The notes: a model not told the origin generated them from the sequence alone. 64,000 bases of DNA from Vulcanimicrobiota bacterium (GCA_963805945.1 CAWDVP010000005.1:1-64000); one strand, 5' to 3'; positions 1 to 9,545 are shown, numbered from the stretch's first letter. Made by a program: numbers and translations.

Positions 1-541
1 TCCCTTGTGCCAGATATGCCATGATATCCGACTCGACGAAGACCGTGCAGACGGTGGACAGCCGTACCGGGTTGCGCGCCTGCAGCGAGAGCTCGCCGAT
101 GGCGCTTAGCGGCTGCGCGAGCACCTCGGCCGCGGTGGCCAAGAAGCGGCCGGTACCCGCCGCGCACTTGTCGTTCATGACGAAATCGAGCACCTCGCCC
201 TCCTGCACCTTGATGCCCTTGGCGTCTTGTCCGCCCATGTCGATGACGGTGCGCGTCGCCGGGAAGACTGAGCACGCGCCTTTGGCATGGCAGCTGATCT
301 CGGTGATCTGCAGATCGCCGAACTCCACCTTGAACCGCCCGTAGCCGGTGCCGGCCACGCACGCCACATCGGCGCGCGCCATGCCCGCCTCCGCGAGCGC
401 GGCGTCGAAGCCCCGCTCGGCTGCGCGCGTGACGTTGGCGCCCGTCTCGATCAACGAGCGGGCGACGATGCGCCGCTCCTCATCGATGATGACGCACTTG
501 GTCTGCGTGGATCCGACGTCCACTCCCGCCGCGAAGTTCAT
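1..541 (-). CDS. Benzoyl-CoA reductase ATP-binding activase subunit (BcrA/BcrD/BadFG, ASKHA family), truncated by window edge
   Basis: Not in the ORF track; translated manually from CAT at 539-541: MNFAAGVDVGSTQTKCVII...TGYGR...EISCHAKG...IDMGGQDAKGI...MNDKCAAGTGRFL...TVCTVFVES. These are activase motifs. GGAGG RBS upstream; directly downstream of bcrB. Confidence 0.9.
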   Translation of the reverse strand, partial: MNFAAGVDVGSTQTKCVIIDEERRIVARSLIETGANVTRAAERGFDAALAEAGMARADVACVAGTGYGRFKVEFGDLQITEISCHAKGACSVFPATRTVIDMGGQDAKGIKVQEGEVLDFVMNDKCAAGTGRFLATAAEVLAQPLSAIGELSLQARNPVRLSTVCTVFVESDIMAYLAQG

Positions 542-552
542 GATCCTCCTCC

Positions 553-1848
553 TCACGCGCTCACCGCGGCGCTGGCGGCACTCGCCGCGCTCGCCGCACT
601 CGTGAGCTTGCGATGTGCCAGCGACTCGAAGAACGCGTCGATGCGGTTGCGCATCTGCGCTTCCGAGAAGTAGCGCGGGTCTTCCAGGTCCGATTCGATG
701 AGCAGCGTGGGGACGCCGCGCTTGGTGAAATACTCGCGCATGTCGCCCTGGCCGGCCGAGAACAAGCGGCAGCTCTTGACCGAGTGGATGACCAGCGCTT
801 CGGCGTGCCACTCGTCGAGGTAGCGTTCGATCTGCTCGTAGCGCTGGAGGAAGTTGCGGTTCGTCAGGTTCCAGCGCAGCAGATGCTCCGCGATGCTCTC
901 CAGCGGCCGGTCAGGATCGTGCGAGAAGCCGAACTCCCACAAGCCGCCGACCGTCGAATAGGTGGATGCGACCGCGACCGCGTTCCAGCGCGAGAACATA
1001 TCGCGGAAGGTGCGCAGGTACGGCCACGGCGGCGGCCCTTCTATGACGAAGCGGACGTCCTCGCGCTCGAGCGGACCGCGCTGCTCGTCGGCCAGTTGCG
1101 CATACTCTTCGTAGGCAGTCTTGAAGAATTCGAGGCCTTGCTCGGTGCCGCGCAGGCAGTAGAGCGGCGCCATCATGGTCACCGAATCGAAGAACGCGTC
1201 GTACGGCGCCGGCGTGCGCTTGGTGAGGTGCTTGACCTTCGACCACAGCTCGCCCGTCTGCGACGACAGCGCCACGGCGTGACGCAGCTTCTCCTCGTCG
1301 AGCGGCTTGCCGGTGAGCTCCTCGCATGTGGCGATGAGCGCCTTGAGCTGGCGCATGACGTAGGTGAGATCGTCCTTGGTGGGACTGCCCGATTGCGTGC
1401 GGATGAACGGGATGTCGAGATGGAAGATGGGCCGCTTCGAGTACTCGGCGAGATGGTCGAACCAATGCAGGTACACGTTGCAGCCGACGTAGTTGCACAA
1501 CAGCAGCGATGGCTCGGGGATGGTCGCGAACGGCGTCGTGCGACCGGCGAAGTAGAGCCCGATGTCGGCCTTGACGTAGGCGCAGTTGTCGGTCGAATAG
1601 CCCATGCCTTCGGCCGCTTGGATATGACCGAGCGACTGCTTCTTCACCGCCAGCTGCAGCGCATTGACCTCGGGGAACACCGGCAGGATGTCGAACGCGC
1701 GCAGCAGTTCGACCGGGTTGCCGCCGATGAGCAGGTAGGCGGCGGGCGCACCCCGTCCTTCCGACGAGGCCGTCAGTTCGGCGTAGTACTGGCTCATCAG
1801 CTCCTTTTGGAGGTGATGCAAGCGGCCTTGATAAGCGATCTCGGGCAT
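553..1848 (-). CDS. bcrB: Benzoyl-CoA reductase subunit B (2-hydroxyacyl-CoA dehydratase family)
   Basis: 431 aa; PEVNALQ, C-x-YVKADIG, KSCR and ESDLEDPRYFSEAQ..NRIDAFFE motifs resemble Thauera BcrB; operon context. Confidence 0.88.
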   Translation of the reverse strand: MPEIAYQGRLHHLQKELMSQYYAELTASSEGRGAPAAYLLIGGNPVELLRAFDILPVFPEVNALQLAVKKQSLGHIQAAEGMGYSTDNCAYVKADIGLYFAGRTTPFATIPEPSLLLCNYVGCNVYLHWFDHLAEYSKRPIFHLDIPFIRTQSGSPTKDDLTYVMRQLKALIATCEELTGKPLDEEKLRHAVALSSQTGELWSKVKHLTKRTPAPYDAFFDSVTMMAPLYCLRGTEQGLEFFKTAYEEYAQLADEQRGPLEREDVRFVIEGPPPWPYLRTFRDMFSRWNAVAVASTYSTVGGLWEFGFSHDPDRPLESIAEHLLRWNLTNRNFLQRYEQIERYLDEWHAEALVIHSVKSCRLFSAGQGDMREYFTKRGVPTLLIESDLEDPRYFSEAQMRNRIDAFFESLAHRKLTSAASAASAASAAVSA

Positions 1849-1860
1849 CGGCTTCGACTC

Positions 1861-3033
1861 CTAACTGAAGAGCAGCGACTCCACGAAGGTCTCAATCTCG
1901 GTCTTGATCTTGTCGAAGAGCCACATCTTCTCTTCGAACTCGAGGAACACGTGCGGCATGTGCGCTTCTTGCAGCGCCTTGCGATAGAGCGCGTAATCGA
2001 AGAGCGCGGGCTCGCAGAACTTCGCCATCAGCACGACGACCGCGTCGGCGCCGCACGCGCGCGCCCGCTCCACCAGCGCCTGCGCCTTCGAATGGCTGAG
2101 GTCGTGCTTCACGCTGACGTCGACGCTGCGGTTCACATAGGCATCCGCCAGGTCGTGCAGCGGCGTGCCTGAGTCCGCGACCTGATCCGTGAAGAACCGG
2201 CGGCCGAGCAAGAAGTCATCGTCGAGGACGTAGCAACCGGCGCTTTCGATCGACGCGATGAGGTCGAGCGGCGGCTGTTCGCAGAACGAGCCGACGATGA
2301 TCACGCGCGCGCGGTCTTTCGGCTTGCCCTCGCGCCGGCTCAACTGCTCCGCCGCATCTTTGAGCAGGCGCAGGTGCGCCTCCGGCGGCGCGATGTGGCC
2401 GTAGCGCATGAGCGCGTAGAGCTCGCGCGTCGCGAGATCGTGCGGCCTCGTCCGGCGGAAGTCGTACAGCCAGCGCAGGCGTGCCCGCACCTCGTTGTAG
2501 AGCGCGATGCTGCGGCGCAGCTCTTCGTCCGTCACCTGGCGGCCGGTGAGCGCGGCGGCCCAATCGAGGATGCGGCGATATTCGGCCTCGAGATAGCCGA
2601 CGGCGTCGGGCGCGGCCAGGCGTTGCGGAAAGTGGATGTACTCGACCTGCTTGTGCTCGAGGTTCCGTTTGAAGACGCTCGCCAGATTGCGCGCCGGATC
2701 GCAGATGGAGTGGAACACGAAGCCGTCGAAGTCATCGAGCTTGCCGACCATCGCCAGCTCGAGCGTGCTCTTGACGATCGAGCAGACGAAGGATTGGAAG
2801 CGCGAATCGGCATGGCTGATCTCAAGCCGGTTGCCTCCGCCGACGAGGCCGATGGGCAGCGCGCCTGCGGCGTGGAAGATCTCCAAAGGCGTATACACGG
2901 GGAAGCAGCCGACGATCGCCCGGCCTGTCGCCTTGCGCTTCCACGCAGAGGCTTCGGGAAATTCGAGCGACTCGATCGCTTCGGCGCAGCGCTCAATTAC
3001 CTCTTCCAACGGCGTGCTCAGCTCGACGGCCAT
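1861..3033 (-). CDS. bcrC: Benzoyl-CoA reductase subunit C
   Basis: 390 aa; PVYTPLEIFHAAG, QSFVCSI, SICD..RNL, GSFCEQPP and KFCEPAL motifs resemble BcrC. Confidence 0.88.
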   Translation of the reverse strand: MAVELSTPLEEVIERCAEAIESLEFPEASAWKRKATGRAIVGCFPVYTPLEIFHAAGALPIGLVGGGNRLEISHADSRFQSFVCSIVKSTLELAMVGKLDDFDGFVFHSICDPARNLASVFKRNLEHKQVEYIHFPQRLAAPDAVGYLEAEYRRILDWAAALTGRQVTDEELRRSIALYNEVRARLRWLYDFRRTRPHDLATRELYALMRYGHIAPPEAHLRLLKDAAEQLSRREGKPKDRARVIIVGSFCEQPPLDLIASIESAGCYVLDDDFLLGRRFFTDQVADSGTPLHDLADAYVNRSVDVSVKHDLSHSKAQALVERARACGADAVVVLMAKFCEPALFDYALYRKALQEAHMPHVFLEFEEKMWLFDKIKTEIETFVESLLFS

Positions 3034-3045
3034 ACTGGTGACCTC

Positions 3046-4074
3046 CTAACCCGTGGGGACGACGATGTTGCGCAGGCCCACCCCGGCGCGTAGCGCGTCG
3101 AGGCCGGCGTTGATGTCGTCGAGGCTGAACCGTCCGGTGACGAGCGGCGCCACCGCGATGATCCCGCGCCGCGCCATGTCGATGATGCGCGGATAATCCA
3201 CCGGCCGGCAACCGAGCGAGCCGCGGACGTCCATCTCGTTGAACATGATCTTCGCGGCGGAAAGCGTGAGCTCGCGCTCGGAGTATCCGACGATGACGAG
3301 CCGGCCGCCGCGATGCAGGCTGTCGAAGGCTTGGCGCATGGTGACCGGATCGCCGATCGCTTCGAATGCCACGTCGGCGCCGCCGTTCGTCGCACGTTTG
3401 ATCGCCTTGGCCACCTCGGCCGCCTCCGACGCGTTTACCACGTGGCGCGCGCCGAAGCGGAGCGCATGCTCGAGCCGGCCCGGCTGCACGTCCACCGCCC
3501 AGACTTCCGCGCCCGCGGCCGCCGCGATCTGCACGACATTGACGCCCACGCCGCCGCAGCCGAACACCACGACGCGCTGGCCGGGTCGCACCTCGCCACG
3601 GTTGACCACGGCATGGTACGGGGTCGACACCGCGTCCGCGATGAGGCATGCCTCTTGCAGCGGCAGATCGTCAGGCAGCGGCAAGGCGTCCTTTTCCGGC
3701 ACACGCAGGTACTCGGCGTAGGCGCCGTCGATATGATTGCCGGGCATGATGCCGCGCTCGCAGATGTTCTCGCGGCCGCGCCGGCACGCGTCGCAGGCGC
3801 CGCAAGTGAGCAGCGCCGGCACGAGCACGCGATCGCCTTCATGCCAGCGCTCGATGCCGGAACCCACGTGCGCGACGGTTCCCGAGGCCTCGTGCCCTAA
3901 GATGAGCGGCGGTCGCTGGAACGTCGGCACGTCATGATCGATGTAGTGGAGGTCGGTGTGGCACAGACCGCACGCCGCGACCTTGATGACGATCTCGCCG
4001 GGGCCGGCAATCGGCATCGGCCGGTCTTCGATATCGAGCGGCCGGTGCGGCCCGTTGAAGACGGCTGCTCTCAT
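3046..4074 (-). CDS. had: Zn-dependent alcohol dehydrogenase, probable 6-hydroxycyclohex-1-ene-1-carbonyl-CoA dehydrogenase
   Basis: Start reassigned to MRAAVFNGP (ATGA overlap with upstream stop); CGLCHTD, GHE, CxxCxxC and GCGGVG motifs; GSLGCRP; context. Confidence 0.8.
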   Translation of the reverse strand: MRAAVFNGPHRPLDIEDRPMPIAGPGEIVIKVAACGLCHTDLHYIDHDVPTFQRPPLILGHEASGTVAHVGSGIERWHEGDRVLVPALLTCGACDACRRGRENICERGIMPGNHIDGAYAEYLRVPEKDALPLPDDLPLQEACLIADAVSTPYHAVVNRGEVRPGQRVVVFGCGGVGVNVVQIAAAAGAEVWAVDVQPGRLEHALRFGARHVVNASEAAEVAKAIKRATNGGADVAFEAIGDPVTMRQAFDSLHRGGRLVIVGYSERELTLSAAKIMFNEMDVRGSLGCRPVDYPRIIDMARRGIIAVAPLVTGRFSLDDINAGLDALRAGVGLRNIVVPTG

Positions 4075-4913
4075 CGCGCGCGCCGGCGGCGTATGCCCGC
4101 GTAGTCGGGGGCGCGCTTCTCGACGAAGGCCTTCATGCCTTCGGCCGTTTCGGGGTGCGCGAAGTGCAGCGCCAGCCACTCGCGCGCATGACCGATTGTG
4201 GCGTACCACGCCTGATCCTTCCAATAATTGACCTGGCATTGCGTGTAGCTGAGGCATCCAGGGAACTTGTCGAGCAGCTTGTCGCACATCTCGCGCACCG
4301 TCGCGTCCAGTCGCTCGAACGGCACGACACGATTGACGAGTCCCCATTCGAACGCTTGCTGCGCCGAAATAGGCTCGCACAGGAAGAGCATCTCTCGCGC
4401 GCGCCGGTCGCCGATCATGATGGGCAGCCACTGCGTGCCGCCGCCGGCGGCGACGCTGCCGACCTTGACGCCGACCTGGCGCAGCGTCGCGTGGTCAGCG
4501 GCGATGGCGAGGTCGCAGGCCATGTTGACCTCGTTGCCGCCGCCGACCGCCATACCGTTCAACCGCGCGATGGTGGGCTTGCCCATGCCGCGGATGGCGT
4601 CGAGGCAATCCTGGAACAGCACCATGTACTTCCAGAAGTCTTCGGGCCGGCGGACATAGCGCTCTTCGTATTCCTTGACGTCGCCGCCGGTGCAGAACGC
4701 CTTGCGGCCCGCGCCGGTGATCACGACGACGCCGATCTCGTCGTCCCACATCGCCCGGCGAAGCGCTGCATGGAAGCGCCGGAGCGTCTCGGTCGTATAC
4801 GCGTTGAACGCATCCGGGCGGTTGAGGGTGATCGTCGCGACGCGATCGCGGACGTCGAACAGCACGTCGTCCGTCGCGATGGGCAGCGGCGCGGCCGGCA
4901 GGGTTTGGCTCAT
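4071..4913 (-). CDS. oah: Crotonase-family ring hydrolase, 6-oxocyclohex-1-ene-1-carbonyl-CoA hydrolase-like
   Basis: KAFCTGGDVKEY, GGGNE..MACD and GSVAAGGGTQWL resemble Oah/BamA; lies between dch and had. Confidence 0.75.
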   Translation of the reverse strand: MSQTLPAAPLPIATDDVLFDVRDRVATITLNRPDAFNAYTTETLRRFHAALRRAMWDDEIGVVVITGAGRKAFCTGGDVKEYEERYVRRPEDFWKYMVLFQDCLDAIRGMGKPTIARLNGMAVGGGNEVNMACDLAIAADHATLRQVGVKVGSVAAGGGTQWLPIMIGDRRAREMLFLCEPISAQQAFEWGLVNRVVPFERLDATVREMCDKLLDKFPGCLSYTQCQVNYWKDQAWYATIGHAREWLALHFAHPETAEGMKAFVEKRAPDYAGIRRRRAR

Positions 4914-5671
4914 GATGTGACCTCCTCAGGTTCGAGCGACCAATTCCATTTCGGCGCGCGCCGTTCGATGAAGGATCGAATGCCTTCAGCGGCGTCGCCG
5001 GTGTGCAGTAGTACGTCGGTGTAGATGCGCAGCGCCTCGCTCGCGTCGCGCGAGCGTGCTGCCTGCTTGCAGCACCGCAGCGCATCTTCGGACAGCGCGA
5101 GCAGCGCGCCGCACAGCGTCTCGACGTGCTCATCCAGCGCCGCGTCCGGCACGGCGCGCGACACGATGCCCCATCGCTCGGCGGCCGCCGCATCCAACGT
5201 GCGGCTCGTGAGGATGAGATCCAGCGCCCGGCGTTCGCCGACGGCGGCCGGAAGCAGGGCGCACGCGATCGGCGGGAGCGCGGCCAATTTGATCTCCGGC
5301 AGACCGAACGTCGCGCGCTCGGCGCACACCGCGATATCGCACAGCAGCACGAGCTCGAAGCCGCCTCCAAGCGCGGGAGCGGCGACCTTGGCGATGAGCA
5401 CCGACGTCGTCTCGCAAAACGCGTCCGCCATGTCGGCGAGGGCCGCGAGCATGGCGGGCGCGCGTTCCGGCGTGTGGTCGGCGATCTCCATGCCTGCGCA
5501 GAACGCACGCTCGCCGGCGGCGTCGATCACGATGACCGGCGAGCCGTCGAGCTCGCGGACAGCGCGCCCCAGCGCCTGTACGTCCTCCGTCGCGAGCACG
5601 TTGAGCGGCCCCGCCGCCAAGGTGATCCGGCCCATTCGGCCGTCGCGACGGACGCGGATGCGCTCGCTCAT
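4910..5671 (-). CDS. dch: Enoyl-CoA hydratase, probable cyclohexa-1,5-diene-1-carbonyl-CoA hydratase
   Basis: PLNVL, AFCAGMEIADH, ALGGGFEL, PEIKLAALPP; first enzyme gene of the bcr operon. Confidence 0.75.
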   Translation of the reverse strand: MSERIRVRRDGRMGRITLAAGPLNVLATEDVQALGRAVRELDGSPVIVIDAAGERAFCAGMEIADHTPERAPAMLAALADMADAFCETTSVLIAKVAAPALGGGFELVLLCDIAVCAERATFGLPEIKLAALPPIACALLPAAVGERRALDLILTSRTLDAAAAERWGIVSRAVPDAALDEHVETLCGALLALSEDALRCCKQAARSRDASEALRIYTDVLLHTGDAAEGIRSFIERRAPKWNWSLEPEEVTS

Positions 5672-6264
5672 GCGATGAGCTCCGCCGCGGCAGTCGACAC
5701 GACCCCGCGCAGGAACAGCGTTGTCATCTCGTCAGCGATGTGTGCCGCGTCGGTCGTGTCGCCGACGTGATGCCACATCGGCGTCCAGTTCATCATCCCG
5801 AAGAGCGCGGCCGTGGCCACGCGTGTGGAGATCGCTGACGGCTGCTCTTGCTGGACGGCGATGACGAGGTCGGCCGCGCGCGCGAAGTAGCGGCGGCGCA
5901 GCTCGATGATCGCGGCGCGGTCCGCGCCTTCCAGCGCATCGACGTGCAGCAGCGCGCGATACGCCTCCGGCCTGCGCGTGATGAACTCCATGTGGGCGTG
6001 GACGAGCCCGCGCAATTGCGCTTCGGGAACCGGCGTCGCGGCCAAAGCCCGCTCGAGGCCGTCTGAGAGCGCGCTGAGCGCGCGCTCGCAGATCAGGAAG
6101 AGCGCACGCTGTTTGCTCGGGAGGTAATAGTAGAGGCCCGCGATGCTGAGGCCCGCGCTCGCGGCGACGTCGCGCATAGTGGCCACGCCGTAGCCCTTTT
6201 CGGCGAAGACCCGCTCGGCGGCATCAAGTGCCACGCGGAAGCGCATATCGAAGGTGGTCGCCAA
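5668..6264 (-). CDS. TetR/AcrR family transcriptional regulator (KstR2/PaaR-like)
   Basis: N-terminal HTH (FAEKGY..TMRDVA..GLS...LYYY..SK); C-terminal GMMNW..W; TTG start with GGAGAGG RBS. Confidence 0.9.
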   Translation of the reverse strand: MATTFDMRFRVALDAAERVFAEKGYGVATMRDVAASAGLSIAGLYYYLPSKQRALFLICERALSALSDGLERALAATPVPEAQLRGLVHAHMEFITRRPEAYRALLHVDALEGADRAAIIELRRRYFARAADLVIAVQQEQPSAISTRVATAALFGMMNWTPMWHHVGDTTDAAHIADEMTTLFLRGVVSTAAAELIA

Positions 6265-6287
6265 TTCGCCTCTCCCGACGACGCTCT

Positions 6288-6317
6288 TCGTTCGAGCGTT
6301 CGTTCGAAATCAGCATA
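6288..6317 (-). promoter_or_regulatory. Putative -10 box (TATGCT) and TetR operator (CGA-N-CG-N-TCG imperfect palindrome) for the bcr operon
   Basis: On the minus strand, TATGCT (6312-6317) is followed by GAACGAACGCTCGAACGAA; palindromic core at 6293-6302. Confidence 0.45.
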
Positions 6318-6361
6318 CGCGAGGCGCTCGCGTGGCCGCAAGAGCGGTCTGGCGGGCTTAC

Positions 6362-7003
6362 CTAATGCAGATGCACTAGGCCGGCCTTCAGCGCCATGAC
6401 GGCGGCTTCGATGCGTGAGTGCACGCCGAGCTTCGGCAGCAGATTTTGCACGTGATTGCGCACGGTCGCGGGCGACAGCTCCAGCTGACGGCCTATGTCT
6501 TCGGTGCTCTGACCCGCGGCCAGCAGCTGCAGCACCTCCAGTTCGCGCGGCGTGAGGGCTCGTCGGATCTCCTGTCTCGCCGCCTCCTCGATCGCGGCGT
6601 TCGGCCCTGCGATCGCCAGACGGGCGGCGACATCAGCCGCGACCGCAGCCATGCGCTGGCTCGCCATGCTCTCGCTCAAGACGTGGACGGCGACGGGCCG
6701 GCCGTCGTCGTCTACCGTGACCGTGGTGACATCGAGCCAGACGTCGGCTCCGTCCGGACGGTGCGCGACCATCTCGAAACGACGGGCGGCTTCGCCCTTA
6801 CGGCACAGCTGCACGATGGCGCAGTCGCGGGAGCACAACGGCACGCCGGCAGGCGTGCTTCCGTGCATGACCTCATGACACGGCTTGCCGAGCGCTTCCG
6901 CAGAGGTCCAGCCCAGCAGGTGTTCCGCCGCGTCATTCCAGGCCACGACGATGCCGCGATCGTCGACGGCGATGGTGGCTTCCGGACTGGCTCCCAGTTT
7001 CAA
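6362..7003 (-). CDS. PAS domain plus LuxR-type HTH transcriptional regulator
   Basis: PAS (VDDRG..VAWNDAAE.LLG...GKPC); LuxR HTH (LTPRELEVL...TVRNHVQN..KLGVHSR). Confidence 0.9.
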   Translation of the reverse strand: MKLGASPEATIAVDDRGIVVAWNDAAEHLLGWTSAEALGKPCHEVMHGSTPAGVPLCSRDCAIVQLCRKGEAARRFEMVAHRPDGADVWLDVTTVTVDDDGRPVAVHVLSESMASQRMAAVAADVAARLAIAGPNAAIEEAARQEIRRALTPRELEVLQLLAAGQSTEDIGRQLELSPATVRNHVQNLLPKLGVHSRIEAAVMALKAGLVHLH

Positions 7004-7017
7004 ACGCCCGCTCTTTC

Positions 7018-7473
7018 CTATAGACTATGGAGCAGCAGCATCTCGGCGACGCACACGGGTTTGTCGGAACCCTCGCGCTCGATCGTCACGTGCACGAGCG
7101 ACTTGCACCCGTCGCGGATGTCTTTCACTTCGTCGACGCGGAACCGAGCTCGCACGCGCGAAGGGACGATCAGCGGCGCGGGAAAGCGCGCGCGGTTCAG
7201 CCCGTAGTTCACGGCCATTCGGACGTCATCGACGTGCACGGTCCCGTGCCACAGATGCGGGATGAGCGAGAGTGTGAAAAAACCATGCGCGACGGTCGCG
7301 CCATACGGTCCCTCTTTCGCGCGCTCGGGGTCCACGTGGATCCATTGCATGTCGTCCGTCGCCCGAGCGAACGCGTCCACGCGTTCTTGCGTGACGTCGA
7401 GCCATGGGCTCGGGGCTATCTCCGCGCCGACGAGCGCCCTGAGGCCTTCGACGCCGCGCACGCTGGTCCTCAT
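7018..7473 (-). CDS. MaoC family (R)-hydratase/dehydratase
   Basis: VTQERVDAFA..T.D.QWIHVDPERA, AHGFFTLSL, NYGLNRARF; start reassigned to MRTSVRG. Confidence 0.9.
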   Translation of the reverse strand: MRTSVRGVEGLRALVGAEIAPSPWLDVTQERVDAFARATDDMQWIHVDPERAKEGPYGATVAHGFFTLSLIPHLWHGTVHVDDVRMAVNYGLNRARFPAPLIVPSRVRARFRVDEVKDIRDGCKSLVHVTIEREGSDKPVCVAEMLLLHSL

Positions 7474-7504
7474 AGGTGCGGCCAGGCTTCCCGGCTCGTA
7501 CCTT

Positions 7505-8644
7505 TCACACCCGCCTCGCCCGCAGCACGTCGAGCACTCGATCGATGTCCGCTTCCGTGTTGTAGCCATGCGGCGACACGCGTACGCCGTTCGCGCGCAC
7601 CGTGATCGCCACACGCGCCGCGTCCGCACGCGCGATGAGCGCTTCCACGCCGTTATCGCCACGGCCGAGCAAGACGATGCCCGACCGCGCCGCCGGTCTC
7701 ACGTCGCTCTGCACTTCGATGCCCCCGTCGCGCGCGCCGGCGATGAGCCGGTCCGTCAGCGCCAGCACATGGCGCTCGATGCGCTCGAGCCCGGCGCCGG
7801 TGAGCAGCCTGAGGCTCACCCCGAAGGCCGCCACGCCAGGATAGTTGAGCGAGCCGCCTTCGAAGCGCTGCGCGCCGTCGGCGAGCGGCTGCTCGTAGTC
7901 GAAGAAGTTCATCGGATCGCGCACCGAGCGCCACGAGCTCATCGCGGGCCGTAGCCGGTCGAACAGCTCGCGCCGCACGTAGACGACGCTGACGCCGTGC
8001 GGCGAGAGCAGCCATTTCGCAGTGCCGAAGTAAGCGAAATCCGCGTTGCAGGCGCGCACGTCGAGCGGCAGGTGCCCGAAGCCTTGCATCGCGTCGAGCG
8101 CGAATAGCACGCCGCGGCCGCGACACCACGCCCCGATCCCCTTGATGTCGTTGCGATAGCCGTCGGAGAATCCGACATAGGAGACGGCGACGAGCCTCGT
8201 GCGCGAGGTCGCGATGCGTTCGAGCAGATCGGGCGTGACGCGTTGCGCAGGCGCACGCACCGACCCGATGCGCACGCCGCGCGAGCGCAGATTGAGCCAC
8301 GGGTACGCGTTCGCGCCGAACTCGTCGTCGGTGAGGATGATCTCGTCGCCCTCGTTCCAGTCAAGGCAGTTCGCCGCCAGCAGCGCGCCGTCGCTGGTGG
8401 CGCGCATGAAGGCGATCTCGTCGCCGTCAGCGTTGATGGCCGCGGCGACCTGCGTGCGCACCGCTTCGCGCTCCGCCTCGATCGGCGCCATGCCGTTCTT
8501 GCCGAGCATCATCTGCGCGTCGAAGATGGCGACCAGCCTGTCGCGCGTCGCGCGGGGCAACGGCCCCACCGCAGCATGGTCGCAGTACGCCCAAGCGTCG
8601 CTCACGGGGAATTGATCGCGCAGTAAGACCGGCTCGCTCATCAA
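7505..8644 (-). CDS. Aminotransferase class V PLP-dependent enzyme
   Basis: DHAAVGP, LDAMQGFG, AKWLLSPHG (PLP lysine), RFEGGS, RVSPHGYN. Confidence 0.9.
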   Translation of the reverse strand: MMSEPVLLRDQFPVSDAWAYCDHAAVGPLPRATRDRLVAIFDAQMMLGKNGMAPIEAEREAVRTQVAAAINADGDEIAFMRATSDGALLAANCLDWNEGDEIILTDDEFGANAYPWLNLRSRGVRIGSVRAPAQRVTPDLLERIATSRTRLVAVSYVGFSDGYRNDIKGIGAWCRGRGVLFALDAMQGFGHLPLDVRACNADFAYFGTAKWLLSPHGVSVVYVRRELFDRLRPAMSSWRSVRDPMNFFDYEQPLADGAQRFEGGSLNYPGVAAFGVSLRLLTGAGLERIERHVLALTDRLIAGARDGGIEVQSDVRPAARSGIVLLGRGDNGVEALIARADAARVAITVRANGVRVSPHGYNTEADIDRVLDVLRARRV

Positions 8645-8653
8645 CCGAAGATA

Positions 8654-9169
8654 ATGGAAATGCTACTCGTCGCCCTGCTCGCCGGCGCCCTCGCCTCCAA
8701 CCTCGGCCCGATCCCGACCGAAGGTCCTCCGCCGGCCGCGGAGCTGAGCCAACTGCGCGTGGAACTGGTAAACGCGCTCAACCAGCACCGCGCTAGCAAC
8801 GGGCTGCCCGCACTGGTCCAGGATCCGACCGCCCAGCTGGCGGCGCAATTCCAGGCCGAGGAGATGCTGCAGACAGGCCAACTGAGCCACGAGGACAGCA
8901 CCGGACGCTCGCCGATGGTGCGCTTCGAATCGTATGGCGGCAAGGCGATGTTCTACGGCGAGAACATCGGTTATCGCAAGCCTGGCGTGCTCGATCCGGT
9001 GCTGCTCTGGCAGGTGCTCGCGCAGCTCGATCGCGCCATGATGGCCGAGGTGCCGCCCAACGACGGCCATCGGCGCAACATCCTCTCGCCGCACTACAGC
9101 GGTGTGGGCATCGGCGTCGCCGTCGGCGCGAAGGGCGTCTACATGAGCGAGGATTTCGTCGGCTACTAG
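8654..9169 (+). CDS. CAP/SCP domain secreted protein
   Basis: N..R...GL..L, GENIG, GHRRNIL, VGIG motifs; hydrophobic N-terminus. Confidence 0.85.
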   Translation: MEMLLVALLAGALASNLGPIPTEGPPPAAELSQLRVELVNALNQHRASNGLPALVQDPTAQLAAQFQAEEMLQTGQLSHEDSTGRSPMVRFESYGGKAMFYGENIGYRKPGVLDPVLLWQVLAQLDRAMMAEVPPNDGHRRNILSPHYSGVGIGVAVGAKGVYMSEDFVGY

Positions 9170-9226
9170 CCCTTGTCGGGCGTGGCATCACGCGTGACGG
9201 TGCCTGCGTGTTCCTCTTGACAAGGT

Positions 9227-9243
9227 GTTCTCAATATGAGAAC
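9227..9243. promoter_or_regulatory. Palindromic operator upstream of higBA (GTTCTCA-ata-TGAGAAC)
   Basis: Perfect 7-bp inverted repeat between TTGACA (9217-9222) and TACGCT (9245-9250); typical autoregulation position for a TA operon. Confidence 0.65.
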
Positions 9244-9257
9244 CTACGCTTTGGGGC

Positions 9258-9545
9258 ATGAGGGTGATAAGCCGCAAGGCTTTGAGGGCATTCGCGGAAT
9301 CCCACGGCGATGCGGCGGCCCCGCTTGACGTATGGTACAAGACCGCGAAAGCCGCGCAGTGGAAGAATCTTACGGAGGTTCAGCAGACTTATAGCGCTGC
9401 GCAAGCCGTCGAGGGGCTCACGGTCTTCAATATCAAGGGAAACGACTACAGGCTTATCGTCAACATCAGGTACGCATACGGTATCATCTTCATCCACTGG
9501 ATCGGCACTCACGCCGAATATGATAAGGGGAAATGGAAACGATGA
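9258..9545 (+). CDS. higB: Type II toxin HigB family mRNA interferase
   Basis: MRVISRKAL...W...VFNIKGNDYRLI...WIGTHAEYDK. Confidence 0.93.
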   Translation: MRVISRKALRAFAESHGDAAAPLDVWYKTAKAAQWKNLTEVQQTYSAAQAVEGLTVFNIKGNDYRLIVNIRYAYGIIFIHWIGTHAEYDKGKWKR

